64,000 bases of DNA, from positions 1,760,001-1,824,000 of the forward strand of contig CAVXRD010000002.1 of the NCBI GenBank assembly GCA_963764165.1, read 5' to 3'. Of this stretch, positions 31,255 to 40,850 are shown in pieces. Below the pieces are notes generated by a model. That model had not been told where the DNA came from. It made no database searches and saw only the letters and a list, made by a program, of their open reading frames with translations. Positions within the stretch are counted from its first letter, which is position 1; every line of letters starts with the position of its first letter. This stretch comes from an uncultured Verrucomicrobiae bacterium. Its GTDB lineage: Bacteria > Verrucomicrobiota > Verrucomicrobiia > Limisphaerales > Palsa-1400. The position numbers and the translations under genes are program-made.

Positions 31255-34200
31255 TTGAGCACGCAGCCAAAATGTCCAACGTGCGGATCGGAAATACCCG
31301 AAGACGCGGAGGACGGCTTGTGCCTCAAATGCCTCGGGCGGCTGGGATTTGTGGCGGACACCGGCGGTCCCCAGGACGGCGGTTTGCCGCGGCTGGGGGA
31401 TTACGAACTGTTGGAGGAAATCGCGCGCGGCGGCATGGGAGTGGTGTATCGGGCGCGGCAGGTGAGCCTCAACCGCATTGTCGCGTTGAAAGTGCTGCTG
31501 CACGGCCCGTTTTCCAGCGAGGATTTTGTCCGGCGCTTTCGCCAGGAGGCGCAGGTGGTCGCTTCCTTGCGGCACCCGAACATCGTGGCCATTTACGAAG
31601 TCGGCGAACAGAACGGCAGCCATTTTCTATCGCTGGAATTCGTGGAAGGGCGAAGCTTCGCCGAACTGACCAAAGGGCAGCTTCTGCCGGCCCGGCGCGC
31701 GGCCGAATACGCCAAGACCATTGCCGAGGCGGTCGAACACGCCCATTCTCGCGGCGTGCTCCACCGCGATTTGAAGCCGTCGAACATTCTGCTCGATATC
31801 TTTGATCAGCCGCGCGTGACAGATTTTGGCCTGGCCAAAGTGGCGAACCATGACGCGGAATTGACCGACACGGGTCATGTGATGGGGACGCCCAGCTATA
31901 TGCCTCCCGAGCAGGCCGGAGGAATGCCATCCAGCAGCGCGCCGCAGTCGGATGTCTATTCAATGGGGGCCATCCTGTATGAATTGCTGACCGGACGGCC
32001 GCCGTTTCAAGGTGAAACGCTCTCCTCCATCCTGTCCCAGGTTCAGAACAATCCGCCCGTTCCGCCGCGCCGATTGAACCCCAGCATGCCGCCGGACTTG
32101 CAAACCATCTGCTTGAAGTGTCTGCAAAAGGAACCCGGGCGGCGTTACGCCACCGCGCAGGCAATGGCCGAGGACCTCGGACGCTTTCTGAAAGGCGAAC
32201 CCATTCAAGCCCGGCCTGTGCCACTGCTGGAACGGGCCTGGCTTTGGTGCCGCCGGCGTCCGTTGTTGGCGGCCATGACCGCCGGCCTGGCGGCGGCGGT
32301 GATTTTTGGAGTGGCGGGAATTCTTTGGGAATGGCGACAGGCGGAGTCTCATGCGCAGGGCGAACGCCAGCAACGCCGGGTGGCCGAAAACATCGCCGCC
32401 GAAACGCGGCTTAATCTTTACGCGGCGGACGCGGCCGTCGCCTCGCAGGCGATCCAAACTGGCGACTTGGGCCGCGCGCGCCGCACGCTGGACGCTTTGC
32501 GGCCAAAACCGGGAGAAACGGATCTGCGCGGCTTTGAGTGGCGATACCTTTGGAATCTTTGCCGTGGCGCTGAATTGGCGACGCTGACGGGACATCACGG
32601 AACCGTGAATTGCGCCGCGTTCTCGCCGGATGGAAAGCTCCTCGCCACCGGCAGCCATGACGGCACGGTCAGGATTTGGGAAATGGCGCGGCGCACATGC
32701 GTCGCCACGCTCAACGCCACCACCTTTGCCGTATGGTCGGTCGCATTCACTCCCGACGGAAAGGGATTGATGGCGGCCAGCAATGATAAAGTTCAATTTT
32801 GGGACACGGACTCGTGGCGCGGGTGCGCGAATTTTGCCGGCGGGCTGGCCGCGCTTTCCAAAACTGGCGACTTGCTGGCCGCGTCCGAATCGAGCCCGTT
32901 TTACTGGGAACCGGCGGGGGCGGTGGCGCTTTGGAACTGGCGGACTGGAGCATTGATCCGCCGCTTTGAGAAACCCGGGCGCGCGCTGGCACTTGCATCC
33001 GACGGAGGCTCGCTAGCCGTTGCGGGCGCCGAAAGCGGCATCACGGTTTGGGACACAGCCACCGGAAAACGGGTGCGCGAGTGGACGACCAAAGAGCCGG
33101 TCTGGTCGCTTGACTTTTCACCGGATGGCCACCGCCTTCTTTCCGCTGGCTGGTCGAGTGACGTTTCCCTGTGGAGGCTGGACGAGCCCTCGCCGCAAAT
33201 TCTTTCCGGCCATCTGCTTCACGCGTGGTCGGCGGTTTTTTCCAAGGATGGCGCGACGATAGCCACGACCAGTTCAGACCAATCGGTGCGCCTATGGGAC
33301 ACCGCCACTCTCCAGCAGAAGGCGGTGTTGCGCGGCCATGACAGCGAAGTGTGGTGCGTTGCGTTCAGTCCGGATGGCAAACTCCTGGCCACCGGCGGCA
33401 AGGATCAAAATGTCATGCTTTGGTCCAGCGGGGCGGCTCATGGGCAAATGGCGCTGCCCCACGAGATGGTTTTCCGTCCCGTTTTCTCCCCAGACGGAAA
33501 GCGGATCGTCACGGCCAATCTATCCACCGACAGTTTCATGTTGCGGAACGCGGAGGACGGCGTCCCGTTGGCGGAAAACTTAGCCGAGGGCAGACAGGTC
33601 ATCGGTTTTTCCCCTGACGGAAAATGCGTTGCGACATTCAACTCCGGAGGTTGGACCTTGAATTTCTGGCTGCCGAAGGGAACCGCTCCGCAACGGGAAG
33701 TGGCGCTGGAAGGCATGACGGCGGAAAAAACAAAGTTCAGCTTCGTTGGCATGTCACCGGAGCAATCCATTTTCTTCGCCATTGACGCCAAGGGACTCAT
33801 TCATATCTGGAACTCGGACACAGGACGACTGTTGCGCGAAATCCAAGGCCCCATTCCCCCCATCCGCAACGCCGTGCTCTCGCTGCAAGGCAGGCAAATT
33901 GCCGTGAGCATCGAATCGGAAAATGTGGCGCGGCTTTACGACTGCGCCACGGGCGCGGAACGGGAGCTGGCGGGCCATCGCGATTTTGTGAGCGGCCTGG
34001 CCTTTGCGCCCGATGGCTCGACGCTCGCCACTGGCAGCGTGGACGGAACCATCCGATTGTGGAAGACGGCGGACGGCGGACTCATCGCCTCGCTGCCTGG
34101 CCACATGCAGGAAGCGACTGATGTCGCTTTTTCGCCGGACGGACGCACGCTGGCCTCTTTGGGCCGGAACGAATCGCTCAAGCTGTGGCATTTGCCGACG

Positions 34201-34329
34201 TTGCGGGAGGTGGTTTCCGAGAGCCTGCCGCATGCAGGGATGTGGCTGCGGTTTTCCCCGGATGGCCTGAAACTGGCCGTCGAGACAGGCACCAACGAAC
34301 TCCGCTTGCTGGCCGCTCCGGCCGAATAA
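31255..34329 (+). CDS. Hanks-type Ser/Thr protein kinase with TM helix and WD40 repeats
   Basis: N-terminal CPTC/CLKC; GGMGVVY, VALK, HRDLKPSN, DFGLAK, GTPSYMPPEQ; many GH..V..VAFSPDG..LATGS.D.TVRIW repeats. Confidence 0.95.
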   Translation: MSTQPKCPTCGSEIPEDAEDGLCLKCLGRLGFVADTGGPQDGGLPRLGDYELLEEIARGGMGVVYRARQVSLNRIVALKVLLHGPFSSEDFVRRFRQEAQVVASLRHPNIVAIYEVGEQNGSHFLSLEFVEGRSFAELTKGQLLPARRAAEYAKTIAEAVEHAHSRGVLHRDLKPSNILLDIFDQPRVTDFGLAKVANHDAELTDTGHVMGTPSYMPPEQAGGMPSSSAPQSDVYSMGAILYELLTGRPPFQGETLSSILSQVQNNPPVPPRRLNPSMPPDLQTICLKCLQKEPGRRYATAQAMAEDLGRFLKGEPIQARPVPLLERAWLWCRRRPLLAAMTAGLAAAVIFGVAGILWEWRQAESHAQGERQQRRVAENIAAETRLNLYAADAAVASQAIQTGDLGRARRTLDALRPKPGETDLRGFEWRYLWNLCRGAELATLTGHHGTVNCAAFSPDGKLLATGSHDGTVRIWEMARRTCVATLNATTFAVWSVAFTPDGKGLMAASNDKVQFWDTDSWRGCANFAGGLAALSKTGDLLAASESSPFYWEPAGAVALWNWRTGALIRRFEKPGRALALASDGGSLAVAGAESGITVWDTATGKRVREWTTKEPVWSLDFSPDGHRLLSAGWSSDVSLWRLDEPSPQILSGHLLHAWSAVFSKDGATIATTSSDQSVRLWDTATLQQKAVLRGHDSEVWCVAFSPDGKLLATGGKDQNVMLWSSGAAHGQMALPHEMVFRPVFSPDGKRIVTANLSTDSFMLRNAEDGVPLAENLAEGRQVIGFSPDGKCVATFNSGGWTLNFWLPKGTAPQREVALEGMTAEKTKFSFVGMSPEQSIFFAIDAKGLIHIWNSDTGRLLREIQGPIPPIRNAVLSLQGRQIAVSIESENVARLYDCATGAERELAGHRDFVSGLAFAPDGSTLATGSVDGTIRLWKTADGGLIASLPGHMQEATDVAFSPDGRTLASLGRNESLKLWHLPTLREVVSESLPHAGMWLRFSPDGLKLAVETGTNELRLLAAPAE

Positions 34330-34337
34330 CGAAACTT

Positions 34338-34373
34338 TGTAATCCCTCGTCCGCGTTTCTTCTTAGATAAGTA
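34338..34373 (+). promoter_or_regulatory. Candidate ECF promoter, copy 2
   Basis: TGTAATC-N14-CTTCTTAGA-TAA-GTA. Confidence 0.6.
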
Positions 34374-34433
34374 GGAATGGGTGCGTCCGCATCGTTGAGA
34401 GGCACGGTTCCGAAATTAAAAGCTGCAAAGGTT

Positions 34434-37100
34434 ATGAAAAACAAACTGAACCATGTCAACATCGCGCTGGCCTGCCTGGTGCTCTCAATTCTCGACTCCA
34501 AACTTTCCATCGTTCACGCCCAAGGCACAGCGTTTACTTATCAAGGCAATTTGGTGAGCGGCTCCAATGCCGCCAACGGAATCTACGACCTGACGTTTGA
34601 GCTGTTTAACGCCAGGAGTGGCGGCAGCGTGGTCGGCGGCACGTTTACCAATCTCGATGTCGGCGTGACCAACGGGCTGTTCACCGTCATCGCGGATTTT
34701 GGGGCTGTTTACAACGGCGCGTCTTGCTGGCTGGAGATAGGCGTGCGCACCAATGGCGGCACTAGCTTCACCGCCCTGGCTCCCCGCCAGGAGTTGACGC
34801 CGGTTCCGTATTCGGTCACGGCGCAAAACGTGACCGGCGCCATTGCCCTGACACAATTGCCCGCCGGAATGGTGACGAACAACGAAAGCGGTGTGACATT
34901 CAGCAACGTGACGGTGTCGGGCAATTTGTCGCTGCCATCGCCGGCGATCATTGAAACCGGCGGCGTCGGCCTTTTATACGCCGACAACCTGTATAACTTT
35001 TTTGCCGGGGTCGATGCGGGCAATGATGCTGTTACCGGCTATTACAACACGGGCGTTGGCTACGAAGCGCTTAACAACGTTACGAGCGCCAATTATAACA
35101 CTGCTTTCGGCATGCAGGCGTTGGAGAGCAGCACGACTGGCGCCATCAACACCGGCATCGGTGTTCAAGCCCTCTACCACAATACGACCGGCGTCTATAA
35201 CACGGCCGGCGGCGTGGATGCTCTTTTCTTGAACACCAACGGGAGCTACAACACCGCCGTCGGGGTGAGCGCTTTGGTTGACAACACAAGCGGGAGCAAC
35301 AACACCGCGCTTGGTTACGCGGCTGGGCAGAACATTGGCGCTGGCAGTTACAACATTGACATCGGCAATTCCGGCGTCGCCTCCGACAGCATGACTATTC
35401 GCATCGGCGATGCCCAGACCGCGACCTACATCGCCGGCGTGATCTACGGCGACGGCTCCGGCTTGAGCAATATATTTGGCGGCGCCTTGATCAATGGGAC
35501 TGCATCGCAAAGCTTTTTCGCTGGTCAATCCGCCGGAAACCAATCGGTGACAGGAGCTTTCAACACGGGCGTGGGTGATAGCGCGCTTTCCCTCGATTCG
35601 ACCGGCGCCAACAACTCGGCCGTCGGCTTCAAATCGCTGTGGAAGAACACCAGCGGCGGCGGCAACACGGCCTTGGGTTCTGATGTGCTGGCCTTCAACA
35701 CCACCGGCAACAACAACACGGCCGCGGGGCTTGGAGCGCTGGAATACAACAACAACAGCGACAACACCGCTTACGGAGCTTATGCGCTGAACAACAATAG
35801 TTCCGGGTTTCAGAACACGGCCGTCGGTTATGGCGCGCTTTCCACCAACACAAGCGGCAACTACAACACCGCCGCAGGCACGGGTGCGCTGGGCAACAAC
35901 ACGGCCTCCTATAACGCCGCCTTCGGCGCAGGCGCGCTGGGTCTCAACACCAGCGGCTCCGACAACGCCGCCGTTGGCGAGAGTGCGCTGGCATTCAACC
36001 AGACCGGTTCCAGCAACACGGCAGTTGGCTATGCTGCCTTGGCCTTGAATACGACGGGGGCCAATAACACGGCCGTTGGAATTTATGCGATGGGTGGAGC
36101 GATCTCGTCCAGCGGAGGGAACACAGCCATCGGTGGCATGAGCCTCAATGAAATCACCACCGGCTATAACAATACGGCCGCAGGCTATGACGCTTTGCAA
36201 GCGGATTCGACCGGCGTGGACAATGTGGGCATTGGGGTTGCCACCTTCCAAATGAATTCCGCCGGCTCGCTTAACACCGCTTGTGGCACTTATGCATTTC
36301 AGCACCTGACCGCGGGCAACGGCAACATTGGGCTCGGTTACGCCGCCGGCTACAGCCTGGATACCGGCACCAATAACATTTATATCGGCAACGAGGGCGG
36401 GGAAAACGAAAACGAAACGATCCGCATCGGAAGCGGCCAAAGCCAGACTTACCTCTCCGGCGCAGTTGAGTTAGACGGATACTCCACTGACAACGGACTG
36501 ACTTACAGTGCGAACGCGCTGCTGCCTGGCCCCTTCCCTGGCGATGGAGTTTTTGTTTACGGTTATAATGGCGGCGCGCTGGGCACCACCGTTCCGACTG
36601 AAGTTGCTTTAAGCTGGGATTTTAATGGCAACATTTGGGTGAGCAACAACCTTTCCACAGCATCAATAACTATCCGAGGCGGCTCGGACTTGGCCGAACC
36701 TTTCAAAATCACTCCAGGCAAAGACGACGCTCCAGAAGGCTCTGTAATGGTAATTGACGAGGAAAATCCGGGGCGCTTGAAAACGAGCAGCCTGCCTTAC
36801 GACACGCGCGTGGCGGGCATTCTCAGTGGCGCCAACGGCGTCCATCCAGGCATTTCGATGCAACAGGAAGGCGCTCTTGAGGGCGGGCGAAACGTCGCGC
36901 TGACCGGGCGCGTCTATGTTCAAGCCGACGCCTCCAACGGGCCGATCAAACCGGGCGACTTGCTCACCACGTCCAGCGCGCCGGGCCGGGCCATGAAGGT
37001 TACCGATCACGTCCGCGCTCAAGGTGCTATTCTGGGCAAAGCTATGTCGAGTTTAAGCGAAGGCAATGGCATGGTATTGGTGCTGGTCACATTACAGTAA
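34434..37100 (+). CDS. Secreted fibre-like beta-solenoid repeat protein with a possible C-terminal intramolecular-chaperone-like domain
   Basis: Signal peptide, then AQGTAFTYQG; many 14-aa NTA.G..AL..N.G repeats; C-terminal GSDLAEPF...ALTGRV...GPIKPGDLLTTS. Confidence 0.78.
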   Translation: MKNKLNHVNIALACLVLSILDSKLSIVHAQGTAFTYQGNLVSGSNAANGIYDLTFELFNARSGGSVVGGTFTNLDVGVTNGLFTVIADFGAVYNGASCWLEIGVRTNGGTSFTALAPRQELTPVPYSVTAQNVTGAIALTQLPAGMVTNNESGVTFSNVTVSGNLSLPSPAIIETGGVGLLYADNLYNFFAGVDAGNDAVTGYYNTGVGYEALNNVTSANYNTAFGMQALESSTTGAINTGIGVQALYHNTTGVYNTAGGVDALFLNTNGSYNTAVGVSALVDNTSGSNNTALGYAAGQNIGAGSYNIDIGNSGVASDSMTIRIGDAQTATYIAGVIYGDGSGLSNIFGGALINGTASQSFFAGQSAGNQSVTGAFNTGVGDSALSLDSTGANNSAVGFKSLWKNTSGGGNTALGSDVLAFNTTGNNNTAAGLGALEYNNNSDNTAYGAYALNNNSSGFQNTAVGYGALSTNTSGNYNTAAGTGALGNNTASYNAAFGAGALGLNTSGSDNAAVGESALAFNQTGSSNTAVGYAALALNTTGANNTAVGIYAMGGAISSSGGNTAIGGMSLNEITTGYNNTAAGYDALQADSTGVDNVGIGVATFQMNSAGSLNTACGTYAFQHLTAGNGNIGLGYAAGYSLDTGTNNIYIGNEGGENENETIRIGSGQSQTYLSGAVELDGYSTDNGLTYSANALLPGPFPGDGVFVYGYNGGALGTTVPTEVALSWDFNGNIWVSNNLSTASITIRGGSDLAEPFKITPGKDDAPEGSVMVIDEENPGRLKTSSLPYDTRVAGILSGANGVHPGISMQQEGALEGGRNVALTGRVYVQADASNGPIKPGDLLTTSSAPGRAMKVTDHVRAQGAILGKAMSSLSEGNGMVLVLVTLQ

Positions 37101-37150
37101 TCATTCATGCAAATGAAAAGTTACCCTAACCTTGCTTTAGGAGCTGATTT

Positions 37151-38854
37151 ATGAGAATAAGAATGATTCTTCCGGCCCTCCTGGCGCTATGCGCCTTGGG
37201 AAGGCCCAACCAGGCTGCCGCTTCAGGATGGGTGCAAGTCGCAACGCCTCCCCCCTCTATCTCTACCAACTACAGCTTCGTGACCATGCTGCTGCTGCTT
37301 CCCGACGCCACCGTCATGGCGCAGATTAACAACAGCTCAAACTGGTTCAGGCTGGTGCCGGATTCAACCGGGCATTATGTCAACGGAACCTGGAACACCA
37401 ACGTCGCGCCCGCGAGCTATAACCGAACCTATTTCGCGTCCGACGTGCTGCCAAGCGGCAAGGTCTTTATGGCTGGCGGCGAGTATGGCAATGGCAAGGA
37501 TTACACGGAAATCTACGACCCCGTCCACAATTCCTGGACCGAGTACGGCGCGGCCGGTTTTGGAGGTTTTGCCGATGCGGATAGTGTGGTCCTGAGCGAT
37601 GGCCAGGTGCTGCTGGAGCCGCAGGCTGCCAGCAGCCCTGATGGTTCAGACACCTTCATTTTTAATCCCGCCACCGGCACCTATAGCTCACCCATAGCAC
37701 CATTGAACGATCTTCATGAGTCCACTTGGGTTAAGCTGCCCAACAACGACATTTTGACGGTGGACTCTGATGGTTCCTCCTACGGCGCGTTTACGTCCGA
37801 GGCTTTCTCCCAGGCCAGCAGCACTTGGATTAGCACTGGGGAGTTGCCGGTTTCCATTTGGGACGATCTGCCGGTGGCGGGTGTCGTCGGAGAGACCGGA
37901 CCGGCTCTCCTCCTGGCCAACGGCAATGCGATTTTCTTCGGCGGCTCCGGGCACACGGCAATCTACAATCCGACGACAAAAGCATGGACTCAAGGCCCTG
38001 ACATCCCGCAAGGGGTCTGCGCGGATGCGCCCGGCGCCATCATGAACAATGGCAAAGTTTTGCTGGTGACCCAAAATACTGTGGACACCACCAATCAGAT
38101 CTGGAAGGGGCCGATTTATTTTTACGAGTACGATCCCACCGTTGGCTCAACTGGCAGTTTTACGCAGCTTCAGGCGCCGGGATCCAGCAACTACACCAAC
38201 AGTGGAGACTCCTACCAGGCTGTCATGCTTGCCTTGCCGGACGGCAATATCCTCTACGCCAATGACTCCACCCGCCAATCCCTCTATGTGTTCGAGCCGG
38301 ACAGCGGGCCGCTGGCGGCTGGCCAGCCCACCGTCTATTCAACGGCGTGGAACCCGGACGGCTCTTTGCTCATAAGCGGCACTCTGTTCAATGGCATCTC
38401 CCAAGGCGCTTCCTACGGGGACGATGCGCAAATGGACAGCAATTATCCGCTGGCCCGCTTCACGGACAGCAGCGGCAAGGTTTATTATGGCCGCACTTAC
38501 AATTGGAGCAGCACCAGCGTGCAGACTGGCGGCCAGGTCATAACGACGCAATGCACAGTGCCGGCGAATATTTATGACGGCCCGGGAACTTATACTTTGC
38601 AAATCGTGGCCAATGGCAATGCCTCTTCTGGCATCACCTTTGATGGGCCGGTCTGGGTTGATTTCAACTACAGCCCCAGCTCTCCCCAGTTGGGCACCTA
38701 CAGCAACCCCTACTCGACACTATCCCAGGGAGTGAGTGCGGTGGCAACAGGCGGGACGATTTTGGTCAAGCCTGGCTCCAGTTCGGAGACCCTCTCCATT
38801 ACAAAGGCGATGACAATCACCGCCGTTGCCGGCTCGGCCATGGTGGGAGATTAA
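37151..38854 (+). CDS. Secreted Kelch/galactose-oxidase-like beta-propeller protein
   Basis: SD AGGAG; signal peptide; LPSGKVFMAGGEY..EIYDP..W repeats; GASYGDDAQM.SNYP. Confidence 0.8.
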   Translation: MRIRMILPALLALCALGRPNQAAASGWVQVATPPPSISTNYSFVTMLLLLPDATVMAQINNSSNWFRLVPDSTGHYVNGTWNTNVAPASYNRTYFASDVLPSGKVFMAGGEYGNGKDYTEIYDPVHNSWTEYGAAGFGGFADADSVVLSDGQVLLEPQAASSPDGSDTFIFNPATGTYSSPIAPLNDLHESTWVKLPNNDILTVDSDGSSYGAFTSEAFSQASSTWISTGELPVSIWDDLPVAGVVGETGPALLLANGNAIFFGGSGHTAIYNPTTKAWTQGPDIPQGVCADAPGAIMNNGKVLLVTQNTVDTTNQIWKGPIYFYEYDPTVGSTGSFTQLQAPGSSNYTNSGDSYQAVMLALPDGNILYANDSTRQSLYVFEPDSGPLAAGQPTVYSTAWNPDGSLLISGTLFNGISQGASYGDDAQMDSNYPLARFTDSSGKVYYGRTYNWSSTSVQTGGQVITTQCTVPANIYDGPGTYTLQIVANGNASSGITFDGPVWVDFNYSPSSPQLGTYSNPYSTLSQGVSAVATGGTILVKPGSSSETLSITKAMTITAVAGSAMVGD

Positions 38855-38879
38855 AAGGGTTGGCCAAGGCTAAGCTTTT

Positions 38880-40838
38880 ATGGCCGCGATGAAAATGAGC
38901 TTGGCTGCCACCGCGGTTCTATGTGGGTGGGCGCTGGCATTTGAGGCCTGCGCCCAGGATGACGACTCCTTGGGCGGCCCGAATATAGGTGAGCGATTGT
39001 TCTTGGAAACCCGCTTCGCGCAGTTTTTTTTCACCAATTCGGGAGGGAATGCCAATGCTGTCTTGACCAACGGCGACCCAGTCATGAACGTCACGGCATC
39101 CCCCATTTACGGAAATCTGCCAGGACCTTTCGCCGGGCAATCCATGAACTGCCGCGCCTGCCATCTTGTTGAAGAGCATGAAAGCACCGGCAATCGGACT
39201 TATTGCGATTTCGCCAGCCGAAGCCCCATCCCCAATATCGGCGATGGGCGCGCGACCGCCACGCGCAATGCCATGCCATTGGTCGACGCCCTGCTGCCGC
39301 GCCCGACTCCCTTGTTCCTGCACAACGACGGACAATTTACGACCCCCCAGGACCTGATTGTCGGCACGCTCACCGGGCGGAATTTCGGCTGGCAGCCCGC
39401 GGAGTACGCCACGGCCATTCATCACATTGCCAGCATTATCAGGAACGACGACGGCACGGGCGGGTTGGCGCAACAGTACGGCGGTTGGTCTTACAAGGTC
39501 GCTTTTGAAGGGCTGCCAATGGTGCAGTCGCAGTACCTTATCCCGGGCCAGAATCGCATGGATGTGGCCGTCACCGACACCAACAGCCTTTTCTACGTGA
39601 ACGACGAGCAAATTGTGCAAAATATTGCCTCGTTGATCCAGCAGTATTTGGAGACATTGGTATTCTCCCAAGACACGAACGGCGCATTCAACGGCTCGCC
39701 TTTCGACGTTTTTTTGATTAAAAACGGACTGCCCCAGCAACCGGACCCAAATGAATCGCCGCTCCAATACGGGCGCCGATTGCTTCGACTCGTGGCCGGA
39801 CTATCCAATCCTCAATGGGTCACGGACCCGGCGGACGGCGTCTTTTTAACCAATGCCAAAGGCCAGCTATTTCAATTCGGCACCAATGAGCTTGCCGGGA
39901 TGGAGATATTTTTTATGGACAGCGCGAGTCTCGCCATAGCCACCAACCTGCAGCAAAAAGGCATCACCACTGGAATCGAAGTGGGAAATTGCATTGCCTG
40001 CCACTCGCCGCCGGCCTTCACCGATTTTCTTTTCCACAACACCGGGGCGGCGCAGGTGGAATACGACGCCATCTTTGGCGCCGGTTCGTTCATGGCGCTG
40101 CCCGTGCCGGGCTTGGGTCAGCGCCAGACCAATTACAACGCCTGCTTGCCCCCGACCACCAACCATCCTTACGCCTCGGGTTTGTATGATTTGCCACCGG
40201 CGACGGGCAGCCCCGGCCAGGCAGATTTGGGGTTATGGAATGTTTTTGCCAACCCTGACTTCCCGGCCCCGCAAGCCGGACTGCAACAAATTTTGCCGCT
40301 GCTGCTGTCAGTGCCGCAGCCGCAAATCACCGTGGCGGGAATGAGCGGGAGTCATTTTTTCCTTGGCGGCACAAACGGTTCGCCGGGCTGGTCCTATTAT
40401 GTGCTGGCCTCGACCAATCTCTCCATCCCGCTGGGCAGTTGGGCTGTCATCGCGACGAATACCTTCGACGGCGGCGGCCAGTTTGGCTTCACTAACACCG
40501 CGACCTCCGATCAGCCAAAGGAGTTTTACGCGATTTCTCTTGGCACTTTGCCGCCGGAGGCGGCGCTCCCAGGAACCATCGGCCTTTTCAAGACTCCCGG
40601 TGTTCGCGACCTCGTGAGTTCCGAGCCTTACCTGCATACGGGGCAGATGTATAGCATCGAAGATGTCATCAATTTCTATCTGACCACTTCTAGCAACGCT
40701 CGTGCCGGTGCTGTCAGGAATGCCGACCCCAAGTTGAGCGGCATCTCGTTGGATAGCTCTGCCGTGGCTCCACTGGCTGCGTTTTTACGCGCGCTAAACG
40801 AATCGGACTACGCCGATATTCCGTGTCCCTGCCAGTAG
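38880..40838 (+). CDS. Di-heme cytochrome c peroxidase (bCcP/MauG) superfamily protein
   Basis: GERLF.E.R, CRACH, RNAMPL, CIACH.PP.FTD..FHNTG, FKTPGVRDL...PYLHTG. Confidence 0.82.
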   Translation: MAAMKMSLAATAVLCGWALAFEACAQDDDSLGGPNIGERLFLETRFAQFFFTNSGGNANAVLTNGDPVMNVTASPIYGNLPGPFAGQSMNCRACHLVEEHESTGNRTYCDFASRSPIPNIGDGRATATRNAMPLVDALLPRPTPLFLHNDGQFTTPQDLIVGTLTGRNFGWQPAEYATAIHHIASIIRNDDGTGGLAQQYGGWSYKVAFEGLPMVQSQYLIPGQNRMDVAVTDTNSLFYVNDEQIVQNIASLIQQYLETLVFSQDTNGAFNGSPFDVFLIKNGLPQQPDPNESPLQYGRRLLRLVAGLSNPQWVTDPADGVFLTNAKGQLFQFGTNELAGMEIFFMDSASLAIATNLQQKGITTGIEVGNCIACHSPPAFTDFLFHNTGAAQVEYDAIFGAGSFMALPVPGLGQRQTNYNACLPPTTNHPYASGLYDLPPATGSPGQADLGLWNVFANPDFPAPQAGLQQILPLLLSVPQPQITVAGMSGSHFFLGGTNGSPGWSYYVLASTNLSIPLGSWAVIATNTFDGGGQFGFTNTATSDQPKEFYAISLGTLPPEAALPGTIGLFKTPGVRDLVSSEPYLHTGQMYSIEDVINFYLTTSSNARAGAVRNADPKLSGISLDSSAVAPLAAFLRALNESDYADIPCPCQ

Positions 40839-40850
40839 AGTTGGTCGTAT

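Noticed and set aside
34974..36440. 488-aa minus-strand ORF
   Set aside because: Antisense shadow of the Asn/Thr/Gly repeat protein
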